A DNA stretch of 46,718 nt, the filler included, from Catajapyx aquilonaris (taxonomy: Eukaryota): NCBI GenBank assembly GCA_000934665.2. It is 2 parts of 2 records of this genome, joined end to end, with 100 filler letters (N's around TTAATTAATTAA, not from the genome) between each part and the next. Parts side by side here need not be neighbours in the genome. Positions count along the whole stretch, not along the records: positions 1 to 23,325 come from JYFJ02005705.1; positions 23,426 to 46,718 come from JYFJ02005706.1. The stretch is one strand, 5' to 3'. The notes below the pieces were generated by a model, which saw only the letters and a program-made list of their open reading frames with translations, searched no databases and was not told where the DNA came from. The position numbers were made by a program, and so were the translations under genes. Positions within the stretch are counted from its first letter, which is position 1, and each line of letters starts with the position of its first letter. Below, piece after piece: positions 12,569 through 24,450 of the stretch.

Positions 12569-13105
12569 TTCCATGTCAGGTAAGTGTGAGCTCTGTCAGG
12601 TTGTCTTAATTGAACGGCATTATGCAATAATGAGTCAACCCGCATGGAACCATTTCTGAGAAAAGGGGCTTTGAATATCACGCCTGTGAAATTAATGCAG
12701 TGTCCTTTTCGGTCATTTATGGCAGAAGTATGCAGATTTCGTCAGATTGATTTTAACTGAATGAAGTACGCTCAGTTGCTCAGTTCAGAGCTTCAGAATA
12801 GTGATCATAGGACACATCTCCATACATTAGTAATCAAGAAATAGTGTAAGTTTTTTGTTAAGCTAAAATAGCGACAAAAAAAACGTTTTGACACTTTTGT
12901 CATCATTATGGGCGAGCCATCTACCAATATCCTCTCTTATCATAATTATACTTTAATTACACACAATTACACACAAAATTCTATTGCACTTTATGCATTT
13001 GTGAAATTGTCACTTCCATTTTACTTAATCCCTATTTCAAAGTTTACCTTGGCAGTTCTCTAATTGTCAACCTATAGTATTTAAATCCATGCAATCGATC
13101 AATTT
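12569..13105 (+). pseudogene. Deletion remnant of a copy-1-type GR
   Basis: 12569-12630 matches the copy 1 exon1/intron1 junction (TTCCATGTCAGGTAAGTGT...GCAATAA). ~12776-13105 matches the end of copy 1 exon 3 and its 3' flank (~2172-2490). Confidence 0.85.
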
Positions 13106-13581
13106 TATATGTGAGACAATATTGCACGTTGAATTCAATCAAACACTGTCGATTGGAGACAATTGAAACCGGAGCCTGCATAGAGCAAATGAACAACATA
13201 ATGATATAGTATGCCAATGGCAGTGATTGCGACATGCTTGTCAAAGATTGAATGCTCTCCAAACATCAGAATGTGGGCAAGGTTATAGTTTTTTTTGCGA
13301 AACTGACATGATTGTAGTCGATAACGTAGTAGAAATGACGAAATCAAACACGCAGGAGTCACATTACTGATTCCTTTAGACACCAAGACATCTTGACGAT
13401 CTTGTCACCTTGCAGTAATAATGGACAAGCCTGGCTAAAATAATACAGGTAGTTAATCATTTTGTTGACTTTTATTGTCCAGGAGCCTTTTAACCAAGCA
13501 AGCCACGTGAATAATATATTATTTCTACCGCGTTTGCCTTGAGCAGTTGAAGGTAATCGACTGTCGAGTTCGGAACCAACA

Positions 13582-14487
13582 ATGGACGTGTACGACTCCC
13601 TCCGTCCTTCTCTTCTCGTCTTCAAAGCATTGGGACTATTCCCAGTGGCCAACACCAGAAGAGGTCCATACCAGAGGATCTGGACACTCACTCTGTTGCC
13701 TCCGATCATCTTCGTCACAGTAAACGTGGCCTGGATCATGGGTTTTAAACACTGGGAACAATACACTTCGGGTGACGCTCTTGCCGTGGCTTATGCCATC
13801 GACTTGATCAATGTGATTCTGACTGTTGTTGCGTTGTACGTCACCCATCAGATCAAATTCAACCCAGTGTGTGACCTGGTATCCAAACTGCATGAATTTG
13901 ACCTGGCAATCTCAAGGAACTTAGAGATCAACCGGAAGATAAGGGTTGCTGGATGGGCCTATGTGGTGACGCTAATTGGCATCATTCTAGTGCAGGAAGT
14001 CTCGGGGTACTTTTTATTCTTTTTAGACTTTCAAGCACTGGACGTGATAGCGTACATGGCCTACGAGTTGTTCTACTTCATTCCCCAAGCTACTTTCATG
14101 GAAGCAGTGTTTCTCTCCGAGTCGATCAGGCTTCGTCTAGAGTCAGTCGCACGTGAGATCAGAGAAGCGATTCAAACCCTTCAAGTCACGTTTCCTCCGC
14201 TGGACAACGACCAGGGCCCAGTTGGATGGTCAAGTGGCCGACCTTTGACCCGTCTCAGCGGTGAATTCGATCATCTCTGCAGGATGGTCGCCTCTGTTAA
14301 CAATGCCTTCGGTTTCGCCCTGGCCATTGCTTACCTTCACTTCGTGGCGGTGGTAGTTACCACTGGATCACTCCTGTTGCAAGTGGATAACGAAAGTGCT
14401 GCAATCGCATACGACGTCATTACAACCCTCACCAGAAGCACAATCATAATATTTGCGACATGTGTGATGGACCAACTTCCACGTCAA
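13582..14487 (+). CDS. GR long first coding exon (copy 6), intact, no adjacent exons 2/3; probable alternative first exon
   Basis: 906-nt open frame with phase-0 donor CAA|GTAAGT. The next exon 2 is at 16374. Confidence 0.85.
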
Positions 14488-15223
14488 GTAAGTTAATATC
14501 ATGTAATATATTGTTTCCAACTCATGCACATGGATTCTTCTCTACACACGAATGAAATGAGCAATCGTTGGAATGCACAACGGAGAAGTGGGGAAAAATA
14601 CGGGCAGTAATTATTATTGTGACCGTATTTCTTTCTATTCCGTTGTGCATTCTGTATCCCATGATGCTCCAGATGTGGTAGTCCGCATTAATTTGTAAAC
14701 TATCACATGTCCAAAAGTAGAAAACAATAATCATAATGAGTGTGCACCACATTTCCTTGTTTTAATTGCGAGTTGACTGCTCCTTTTTCAAAATAGGACA
14801 GGAAAAATCATTATCGCTTAATGATTCAACGTGGATAGGATAATTATGTTCGCTGCATGGTGATCACTCCTTCGTTGATTTCCTGCCAGGTTTTGCATTA
14901 TATACGTAAATATGTTGACTATGTGTATATACAAGGAGTGGTTTTGGGGTATTCAAGAGGTGATCCATATTTCACGAGAGGGTGTGTACGGTACTGTCCA
15001 TTTACAATGTTCTGTAAAGCTGCTTTTGCTGCCAGAATGCTTCACATCTGTGACGAAGACAATTATTGGAAAACCCTTTCATTGGCATGGACCTTAAAGT
15101 TTCTTTGAGCCTTTATTACGTGTCAACTGATGGGACACCACGCCTTGTGACTGGTCAATTCCTGATGACGGATTTGTCATTACACCAGTGGAAGGGAAGA
15201 GAGTGACGAGTTTGGACGCAACA

Positions 15224-16113
15224 ATGGACGTGTACGACTCTCTCCGTCCTTCTGTTCTCGTCTTCAAAGCATTGGGACTATTCCCAGTGGCCAACACCAG
15301 AAGAGGGCCATACAAAAGAAGCTGGACACTCACCATCTTGCCTCCGATCATCTTCGTCGGTGCAAACCTGGTCTGGATGGTGGGTTATGGACACTGGGAA
15401 TATTACCAATCGGGTAAAGCCACTGCAGTAACAGGGCTTATCGACATGATCAATGTCATCACATCGGCGGTGACACTCTTCGTCACGCTTCAGGTTAAAT
15501 TCAGCCGAGCCTGTGACCTGGTGTCCCAACTGCCTGAATTTGACCTGGCGACGACAGGGAATGCAGAGATCAACCGGAAGATAAAGGCGGAAGGATGGGC
15601 CTATGTTATGACGCTAATTAGCGTCATACTGGTCCAGGAAGTATCCATGTGTGCAGCATTTTGGTCAGCCTTTGCGACAAAGGCCATGATATGGAATATG
15701 GCCTACGAGTTGTTCTACATAACTCCTCAAGCGACCCTCATCCAAGCAGTGTTTCTCTCAGAGTCGATCAGGCTTCGTCTAGAGTCAGTCACACGTGACA
15801 TCAGGGAAGTGATTCAAACCCTTCAAGTCACGTATCCTCCTCCTGACAAGGACCAGGCCCCAGTTCGATGGTCAAGTGTCCGACCTCTGACCCGTCTCAG
15901 CGGTGAATTCGATCACCTCTGCAAGATGGTCTCCTGTGTCAACGACACCTACGGTTCCACTTGCATTATGTTGTAACTTTCGTTACAATGGGATCTATCT
16001 TGTTGGAATCGGACAACACAAGTGCTATTACGGTATACGCGATCATTACAGTGCTTAACAAAAGCATTGTTGTAATATTTGCGACGTGTGTAATGGGAAA
16101 ACCTCCACATCAG
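15224..16113 (+). pseudogene. GR long first exon (copy 7) with frameshift
   Basis: 890 nt versus 906 nt in paralogues; net 16-nt deletion at ~15956 (TACGGTTCCACTTGCAT versus TACGGTTTCGCCTTGGCCGTTGCTTATTTGCAT). Confidence 0.85.
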
Positions 16114-16373
16114 GTAAGATTATGTAACAACGCAAAAGATGTCAATAGTGGAATTGAGAATTTAGTATTATTATCAAAGACTCCGGTATGTGCAGTATAC
16201 CATACGCTGCGTCCGAGTAAACTAGAGTATAGACAACGTCTAACAGTGACTTATAAAGAGATACTCCACTATTGAGGATTAACATTATACAGTTATATTA
16301 GAAGAGTTTATAATACATGGTAACCGCCCCGTCATGCTGTAAATAGAACTAATATTATTATTATTCTCAACAG

Positions 16374-16675
16374 GCCTCATCTCTACTGCACGACCTCCGC
16401 ATGATTGACCTGTCCTGCCTCACTTGGCCTGACCAAATGCAGATCCGTGACCTCACAATGAAGGTGACATACCCTCGTGTGGAAATATATGCCGGATTTT
16501 TTTCCGTTACAAAGAGGATCATACTTGGGGTGAGGAAAAAGTTCAAGTGTTGCGTTTCATATGTTTCCTATGCTCAGTATTAATGTTAGATTTCTTTCAA
16601 CAGATGCTGTCATCAATAGCAACATATTTCATCATCATAGCTCAGTTCAGAGCGTCAGAAAAATCATCACCGTAA
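16374..16675 (+). CDS. Intact GR exons 2 and 3 (shared C-terminal cassette)
   Basis: Exons 16374-16529 and 16604-16675; open frame, splice sites intact, TYFIIIAQF motif. Confidence 0.88.
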
Positions 16676-17249
16676 ATTAGCCCTCCACCAGCATATTCCC
16701 TAAGAAAATTACTTTTGCAAGTTTCAATAATGTTGCGCACTTTTTTTTCGTTATTATAGGTGAGGTTTGAGGTATCCACCAACATCCTTCCTTATTCTCT
16801 TCATTATTACTACTTGTGTATAATTATGCGTTAATTTTATTCAGAAGCGGAACAAAAAATTCATGCTGCATCGTGCTTTCATTCAATTTCCGACTATGAA
16901 CCTGCATTTTATTTCTTACACTAGTAAAACCCTCGCTCCGCTCGCCTTTTCCTAGGGCGCAGGCCTGCGGTGTAGGACATGTTCTTAATGATGCTCACCC
17001 AACAGTTATCCTCATCATACCCTCCCCCCCCTCTCCCCCCTCCTTATATTAAACCTTTGACGTCTAAGTACATCATAATTGAAATACTCCATGACGTCAA
17101 TTGCATCCTGGACTGTTCCCATGCTGAAGGCCTTCCAGTTGTTGGGTCTGAACAGGAACGTATGCCACAACACGTTGCCCCAGACGTATACAGTACTGCT
17201 GCCACTATAGATCTGTTGTACGTGTACGGTCGACCGGTACACATATTTC

Positions 17250-17510
17250 AATTAACGTAATGTGTTGTATATCAGCTTTTGTTGCCATAAAGCCCCACAA
17301 TTGTTTAAAAAAAAGACAATTATTGGAACGACCTTTTGATCGATTCGTTGCTTAACAATTGCTTTCCATCTGTATTGTGCCTCTCTTGAAAGGACTATAC
17401 TTACCTTGCTAAGTGTCAGTTCCGACAGTGTTGACTTAGAACATAACAGTTGAATAGAAGCAAATGTCAAATTCGGAAGCAACAATGTACGTGTACGACT
17501 CTCTCCATCC
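17250..17510 (+). pseudogene. Remnant of a copy-3-type GR first exon: upstream region plus first ~9 codons
   Basis: Matches 3880-3978 joined to 5124-5280 without the MITE. ATG at 17485, then an abrupt join to sequence like that downstream of copy 6 (~14605). Confidence 0.8.
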
Positions 17511-18214
17511 ACTTCTACTGTCAGTAATTATTATTGTGACGACCGTATTCCTTTCTCTTCCGTTGTGCATTCTGTACCCCCATGATGCTTATAATAATAT
17601 TCTAACCATGACTTCTGACCAGATGCTCCATCAGATGTGGTAGTCCACATTAATTTGTAAACTATCACAATCATGATTGTCCAAAAGTCCACCTATAGAA
17701 AAAATTATAATGAGTATGCACGACATTTTCGTGTTTAATTGCGAGTTGACTGCTCTTTTTTCAAATTAGGACTGTAAAAATCATTATCTCTTAACGATTC
17801 AACGTGGATAGCATAATTATGTTCGCTGTCACCATAATTATGCAGCAGCATGGTGATCACTCATTCGATCATTCCCTGCCAGGTTTTGCATTATCCAGGT
17901 AAATATGTTGACTATGTGTACAAGGAGTGGTTTTGGGATATTCAATAGGTGACCCATATATCACGAGAGGGTGTGTACTGTACTGCCCATCTGCAATGTT
18001 CAGTAAAGCTGCTTTTGTTGCCATAACGCTTCACATCTGGGACAAAGACAAATTATTGGAAAAACCTTCCATTGGCATGATGGACTTTAAAAGTTTCTTT
18101 TAGCCTTTATTATGTGTCAGCTGAAGGGACACCACGCCTTGCGACTGGTCAATTTCTGACGGATTTGTCATTACACCAGTGGAAGGGAAGAGAGTGACGA
18201 GTTTGGACGCAACA

Positions 18215-19698
18215 ATGGACGTGTACGACTCTCTCCGTCCTTCTCTTCTCGTCTTCAGGGCATTGGGACTATTCCCAGTGGCCAACACCAGAAGAGGTCC
18301 ATACAAGAGGAGCTGGACACTCACCATCTTGCCTCCGATCATCTTCGTCGGTGTTAATCTGACTTGGATCGTGGGTTACAAACACTGGGAACATTACCAA
18401 TCGGGTAAAGCCACTGCGGTAATACGGTCTATCGACAGGATCAATGTCACCACATCGGTGGTGACACTCTTCGTCACGCTTCATGTTAAATTCCGCCGAG
18501 CCTGTGACCTGGTGTCCCAACTGCATGAGTTTGACCTGGCAACCACAGGGAATGGAGAGGTCAACCGGAAGATAAGGGCTGAAGGATGGGCCTATGTTGT
18601 GACGCTAATTAGCGCCATACTGGTCCAGGAAGTCTCCATGTGTGCAGCATTTTGGTCAGGCTTTACGACAAAGGCCATGATATGGATTGTGGCTTACGAG
18701 TTGTTCAACATAATTCCTCTAGCGACCCTCATCCAAGCAGTGTTTCTCTCCGAGTCGATCAGGCTTCGTCTAGAGTCAGTCACACGTGACATCAGGGAAG
18801 TAATTCAGACCCTTCAAGTCACGTATCCTCCGCCTGACAAGCACCAGGCCTCATTAAGATGGTCTACTGTCCGACCTTTGACCCGTTTGAGCGGTGAATT
18901 CGATCATCTCTGCAAGATGGTGTCCTGTGTCAACGACGCCTACGGTTTCGCCTTGGCCGTTGCTTATTTGCATTATGTTGTAACTTTCGTTACAACGGGA
19001 TCTATCTTTTTGGTATTGGACAACACGATTCCAATAACTGCATTTGTGATCATTCCAGTGCTTACCAGGAGCACTGCTGTAATATTTGCGACGTGTGCGA
19101 TGGACAAACTTCCAAGTGAGGTAAGATTATGTAACAAAAAAGATGTCAATAGTGGAATATATTTAAAAATTTTGAATTATTATCATAGATTCCGTTATGT
19201 GCAGTATCTTACGCTGTGTCCGAGTAAACTACAAGTGTAGACAACGTCTAACAGTGACTTCTGAAAGGATGCTCCACTATTGAGGATTAGCATTATACCG
19301 AAGAGCCTATATTATAAGCGTCTGCAATACGTGGTAACCCATCATAAATAAAACTAATTATTCTCAACAGGCCTCATCTCTCCTGCACGACCTCCGCATG
19401 ATTGACCTGTCCTGCCTCACTTGGCCTGACCAAATGCAGATCCGTGACCTCACAATGAAGGTGACTTACCCCCGTGTGGAAATATATGCTGGATTTTTTT
19501 CCGTTACGAAGAGGATCATACTTGGGGTGAGGAAAAAGTTTAATGTCAAGTGTTTAAACAAATATCAGCATTTCATATGATTGTTTCCTTGATTGCTCAA
19601 TACTATATATTATATTCTTTCAACAGATGCTGTCATCAATAGCAACATATTTCATCATCATAGCTCAGTTCAGAGCGTCAGAAAAATCATCGCCATAA
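18215..19698 (+). CDS. Gustatory receptor copy 8, complete (~377 aa)
   Basis: Exons 18215-19120, 19371-19526 and 19627-19698. Confidence 0.9.
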
Positions 19699-20203
19699 AA
19701 TAATTATCCCTCCACAATCATATTCATTAAGAAAATTAATTTTGCCAGTTTGAATAACGTTGTATACACTTTTCCTTTGTTATTGGTGAGGTTTGAGGTA
19801 CCCACCAACATCCTTCCTTATATTCTCTTCTTTACTACTTGTACTGTACCTATTACAGTTGAATCCAGCCATAACAACCTCGTCTATAACAGACTTTTGG
19901 TTATAAGGGCCGGTCCCGGGATGCTTCCATAAGGCCCTGTGTATTTACATAGTGGTACAGCTTAAATCAATTGGTGAAGGTCTTACGTGCGCCTGCCTTG
20001 TTTCAGTACTTTCATTCCGCCACGGAGGTCTTACTTCCCTTTTTTTCACTGCAGGGAATGTTTTTGCTCTTATATGATTGAGTCAACATGCACAGTCTCA
20101 TCACCTTTTCTTTCAGACAATGTGACATCTTCGCACTCTGTAAGTTAGTAACAGTAATAGAAAAGCCGTACTAAATATTGCACGAAATGTTGTTTATTGA
20201 CGG

Positions 20204-21520
20204 TTACTCATCATTTTTAAATTGCGCCAGAATAACCAGATACGTTGCGATCGAAGTAGCCATCTGCGAAATAATTGTATCAAAAATGAAGTACATAACA
20301 TTGGGGTAATTAAAGCGTGCACATACCGCAGTGACGATTCCCTTTCGGACTTTGAAAAATCCAGCGGATATTTCGGCATCCGGATGCGCCACCTTTGCTA
20401 CCAGATCACGGAATTGCATCTGGTTGTGCCATTTGAATAGTGACAGGTCAACTTTTCGAAGCTCGTGAAGTAGTGATCCAGCCTGCTTGCATAAAAAAAT
20501 TCAAACAAACAAATCATTACATCTAAATCATCTGTGTCAGAAAAAGTAGTCAAACAACAAAAAATGTGATTAAGTACGAGACATTCAAATACATATACGG
20601 TATATACGTAAATCGCAATAATTTCTCACCTCTGTTGTCATCCGATCAATTAAGCAGGTGAAAGAGATGATGATGATTATTCGAGTTGACGTTGCGACAA
20701 AGTCGTACAGAAATGTTCTGCCTTGAAAGATCAGTAAGCATGTTCCTGCAATTGTTATTGACAAGAATAGATGCAGGTACACTGTAGCAAGGACGAGACC
20801 ATATGCTTCGTTGACCATGGTGACCATCTGGCAGAGTTCGTCGTAGGCACCACTCAATCGGGTCAAAGGTCGGTATGAGGATTCGCGAACAAATAGTTTC
20901 GTCTGAAGGTCGCGAAATGTGCTTGGAAATGTGCTGATCACGTTGCGAATTTCCTTTCCTACAAGTCTGAATCTGATCCTGATCGACTCGGAGAAAAATG
21001 CGATTTGTATTAAAGACATGTACGGAATGAAAATGAAGGCTTCGTATATTACTGTAGATATTAGCGAGAGATTTTCGAATGTTAAACAGCTGATGAATAA
21101 CTGGATGATAAAAAGTACTCCGTATGTCACCAAGTACGCGCACGTGCCAATTTTAACACTTCTGTGCGTTTGTGTACTGATGGCCATGATGCTATCGAAA
21201 TTGTGCAGTTTCGACATCAGATCGCTCACTGTTTGGAAACTGGTTACGGAAGTGACGTACAAAATCACAACACTTAAATTCCAGTTGAAGAGATCCAAAG
21301 CGAATATAAACTGATACACTTTACCGGCAGTTAATGCAACCCAATCTTCGGCGACCTGTCCCAACATGTACAGCACATTAGTGACAGTAAAGTGAGTCAA
21401 GCTGATTAGGACACAGAGCCACGTCCGCCGATAGGGTTTGCTCCGCGTGTTAGCAACAGGCAATACACCTAAGAACCGGGAAACTAGTGCAACTGGACGA
21501 AACGAATCGTAAATGTCCAT
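20204..21520 (-). CDS. Divergent gustatory receptor, complete (~368 aa)
   Basis: Minus-strand exons 21520-20630, 20482-20327 and 20263-20204. Same intron positions; shares PVANTR and RPLTRLSG motifs; ends ATYLVILAQFKNDE*. Confidence 0.92.
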
Positions 21521-22831
21521 AGTTACTTCTTGTCCTACAGACTGACCTTCTCCTTCTGCACACTACAAGATTGTAGAAAGCAATTTTTCCGGTGTGTTAT
21601 GTAAAGAGGGGAGTGTTCCATCATGCTTTGTCCAAAGAGACGATGAACATATTGAACGTATATCTTTTAATCGCCTTTGAACTTGACAGCCAAGGGCTTA
21701 TCGGTTTCTGTAAATTCGATTTTGGTAAATATGCATGGGGTGAGGCAACAACCCAACATGAATGCATGTCACAATAATAAGTAAGTTATCATTTCAGATT
21801 GATTATACGAGCTCGTAATGACTCACAAGTACTTTCAATAAAAGGCGATAAGCGATTCTGAACGGAATTAATTAACTTAAATAATGCAGCCACACTACGC
21901 GCGTTACGCTTTAAAAGGCGCAAAATTATTTTATAGTGCTAATTAGTGATCTATATAATATGGGCACCAACTCAGACGCTGCAGTCATCATAATTAACCT
22001 CCTGAGACCCCTAATACACCTTTCAATCACCTTTGTTTTTTTTACGCGCTTGAGTTAGTCAGAAGGTGCTGGAAAAAGCAAAGGTACAGTATACTGTACC
22101 TACAAAACATGTATTTGTGCATGTCTTTTGTACTTCTCTGTAAGGGTTCCTTTTCCTTGCGAAATTCCCTGCATGCGACGAAGCATCACTTGAAGCAAGT
22201 TCTCGTAGGGGAGATTAGCCGGATGGTCGTTCAGGGGTTTATGGGGGTCAATCCTGATGGAAAAAGCTTGCTGATGGTCTCTCCCAGGTTGTCAAATAAT
22301 CCATCCGGATATGTGCTAACACACGCACCACAAAAATCGATATGTCTACAGATAGATACAATGTTTCAAAAGCTTTTATTTATTGCGAACTTTTCCACAC
22401 ATTTTGAGGGGGCCTCTTACAAGGTAATATATTCCTTCAGTTTTAATGTGCATGTACAGTCTTATATACCGATAAAAGACACCGAATGGAGAATGTTTCT
22501 GCGATCACAATAATTGCAAAATTCTCAAACAAACTTTTAAACCCCTGCCATGAGAATATTAACAAGATATATTTTGCCATTGAATTAATCAATTCGGTAT
22601 GGTATGTCGAACTGTGCCAGGACGACAAGATACATTGTAAGTGATCCGGCCAGCTGAAATGAGTACAAAATTGCAAAATTTTACTTCGCTCATAAAAATG
22701 TTTTTGCACAGAATAACAGATGATAAGTAGACTTATACAGGAGCGATAATTCCGCTTCGAATTGGAAAGAAGCAGCCGCCGAAATCTCCACCTCGGGATA
22801 TGCCACCTTCCAAGTCAGGTCATATTAGTGA

Positions 22832-23325
22832 CTAGCAGGATACCCGGCGTTGCTCGGGTTATGAAATACTTTTCCATAGGAGTGACTCATTGATTTGGAA
22901 GTAACCTTTGTAATAATTATGGCTATACAATGTTGGCATACCAGTGACATGGAGCATATTGCATGTGCATGAAGTCTAAACAACACACTGCGGATGTCGG
23001 ATTGTAAGAAAATACACAATACACCTCCAAAATCCAGCAAAAGTATGTCATGAAAAATTGAAGGTTGTGCAGTTAATGTAGAAGTAAATGTAGAATGTGT
23101 AGAAGCTCCAGCATGGCAGAGCTTACAATCTGACATCCATTGTGTTTTTTTTTTGATTCGATGCACATGCAATATTTGGTATGGCCTATTACGTTCATAA
23201 TTGCATAGATGAAGCGTGTTGTCTCGAAGCTTCAACACAATATCCCTCTTATTACCATGCTCCTGACCACTCATGATCACAGCAATCCCATTGCAAGAAG
23301 GTTGATTGAATCGACCACGATGCTC
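22832..23325 (-). mobile_element. Helitron fragment (3' end plus degraded RepHel coding piece)
   Basis: Minus-strand end CCCGAGCAACGCCGGG hairpin + CTAG|T. Minus-strand translation EHRGRFNQPSCNGIAVIMSGQEHGNKRDIVLKLRDNTL resembles Helitron Rep proteins. Confidence 0.75.
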
Positions 23326-23425
23326 NNNNNNNNNNNNNNNNNNNNNNNNNNNNNNNNNNNNNNNNNNNNTTAATTAATTAANNNNNNNNNNNNNNNNNNN
23401 NNNNNNNNNNNNNNNNNNNNNNNNN
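23326..23425. other. Assembly gap with artificial linker
   Basis: 44 N + TTAATTAATTAA (stops in all six frames) + 44 N = 100 bp. Confidence 0.95.
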
Positions 23426-23453
23426 GCGGATTATGGACGGCCCCACACCCATA

Positions 23454-23750
23454 AGGTGAATTCGTTTATGGCTGAGGGTAGCAATAGTGTAGCTCCAGCG
23501 AGAGTTCTGCATTCGTTTATGACGAAGCTGCTCTAAAGGGGCGGGGCTTGGCGTAGCACTGCATTCGTTTATCCCAGTGCAAGGGTCGGGTGTAGCGCGA
23601 GTGTAGCTCTGGCCTGCACGCTCGTTCGGGAGGGTGCAAGTGGTGTAGCGGTGGGTGTAGCTCCTCTTCCACTGTGACGTTTCACACACGTGACCAGGCT
23701 GCGCTAGAGCTACACTCCAGTGCTTCACTCAGCCATAAACGAATTCACCT
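23454..23750. mobile_element. MITE with 3-bp TSD (Harbinger-like)
   Basis: TIR AGGTGAATTCGTTTATGGCTGAG, flanked by ATA on both sides. Confidence 0.75.
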
Positions 23751-24228
23751 ATAAATACACCCAATTTTTTACTTTGCTAACCATGGACACAATCAGACAA
23801 AACTAGAAGTTCCCACTTTTTCCCATTGTGTGACGGAAATGAAACCTACAGAGCTATAGGCACTGTCTGATAAATGGAATGTTTGAAATATCTAAATCTC
23901 ACCTTCACCATCCATTATGGTATCAATCAGTATGGCATACTGGTATTGGTGATCATTTTCTCCTGTAATGGCTTTCTTTGACACAATAAGCTATGACACC
24001 CTAAGCCACAATTACTCAGATGGTGTCCTCAAAGTCAGCCCAGATCCATTTCAGCATCTAAATAGTTAATGTAATTATTGTTTTAGGCCCTGCATGGTAT
24101 AAGGCAGCATGGACAATAAGGCATATAATGCTAGAGAGATTATTTTACTTAAGTGATTGACAATTTTGTTATGTTTGCATTAGAAATGTGTGTATCCTGA
24201 TATAATCCAGCTACATTAAGAAATGCCT

Positions 24229-24450
24229 GGGGAGGTGAAGTGGCGCAGCGGTAATGCTCGCACCCGCCTAAAGAAAAGTCCTGGGTTAGATCCCAAGCCC
24301 GGGCTTTCCCTTTCTCATCTCGTGTGGAGTTTCATTGTCTCTAGCTTCGCCTTTGGTGGATATCTGCTGGATTAACCACCCAGAGAACTGTGCAAAACTA
24401 CATTGCATTTGAACCTGCACATTTTCCCTCCTAGAAAACCCTCCCCCGCT
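24229..24450 (+). mobile_element. Degenerate tRNA-derived SINE
   Basis: A-box-like TGGCGCAGCGG and B-box-like GGTTAGATCCC; no complete cloverleaf. The 3' boundary is approximate. Confidence 0.55.

Noticed and set aside
945..18526. Recurrent ~85-aa minus-strand ORFs (MQ.GHQVT...GHWE)
   Set aside because: They are antisense shadows of the duplicated GR exons; their recurrence follows from the paralogy.
24229..24300. tRNA gene
   Set aside because: Pol III boxes are present but there is no cloverleaf; better explained as a SINE head.
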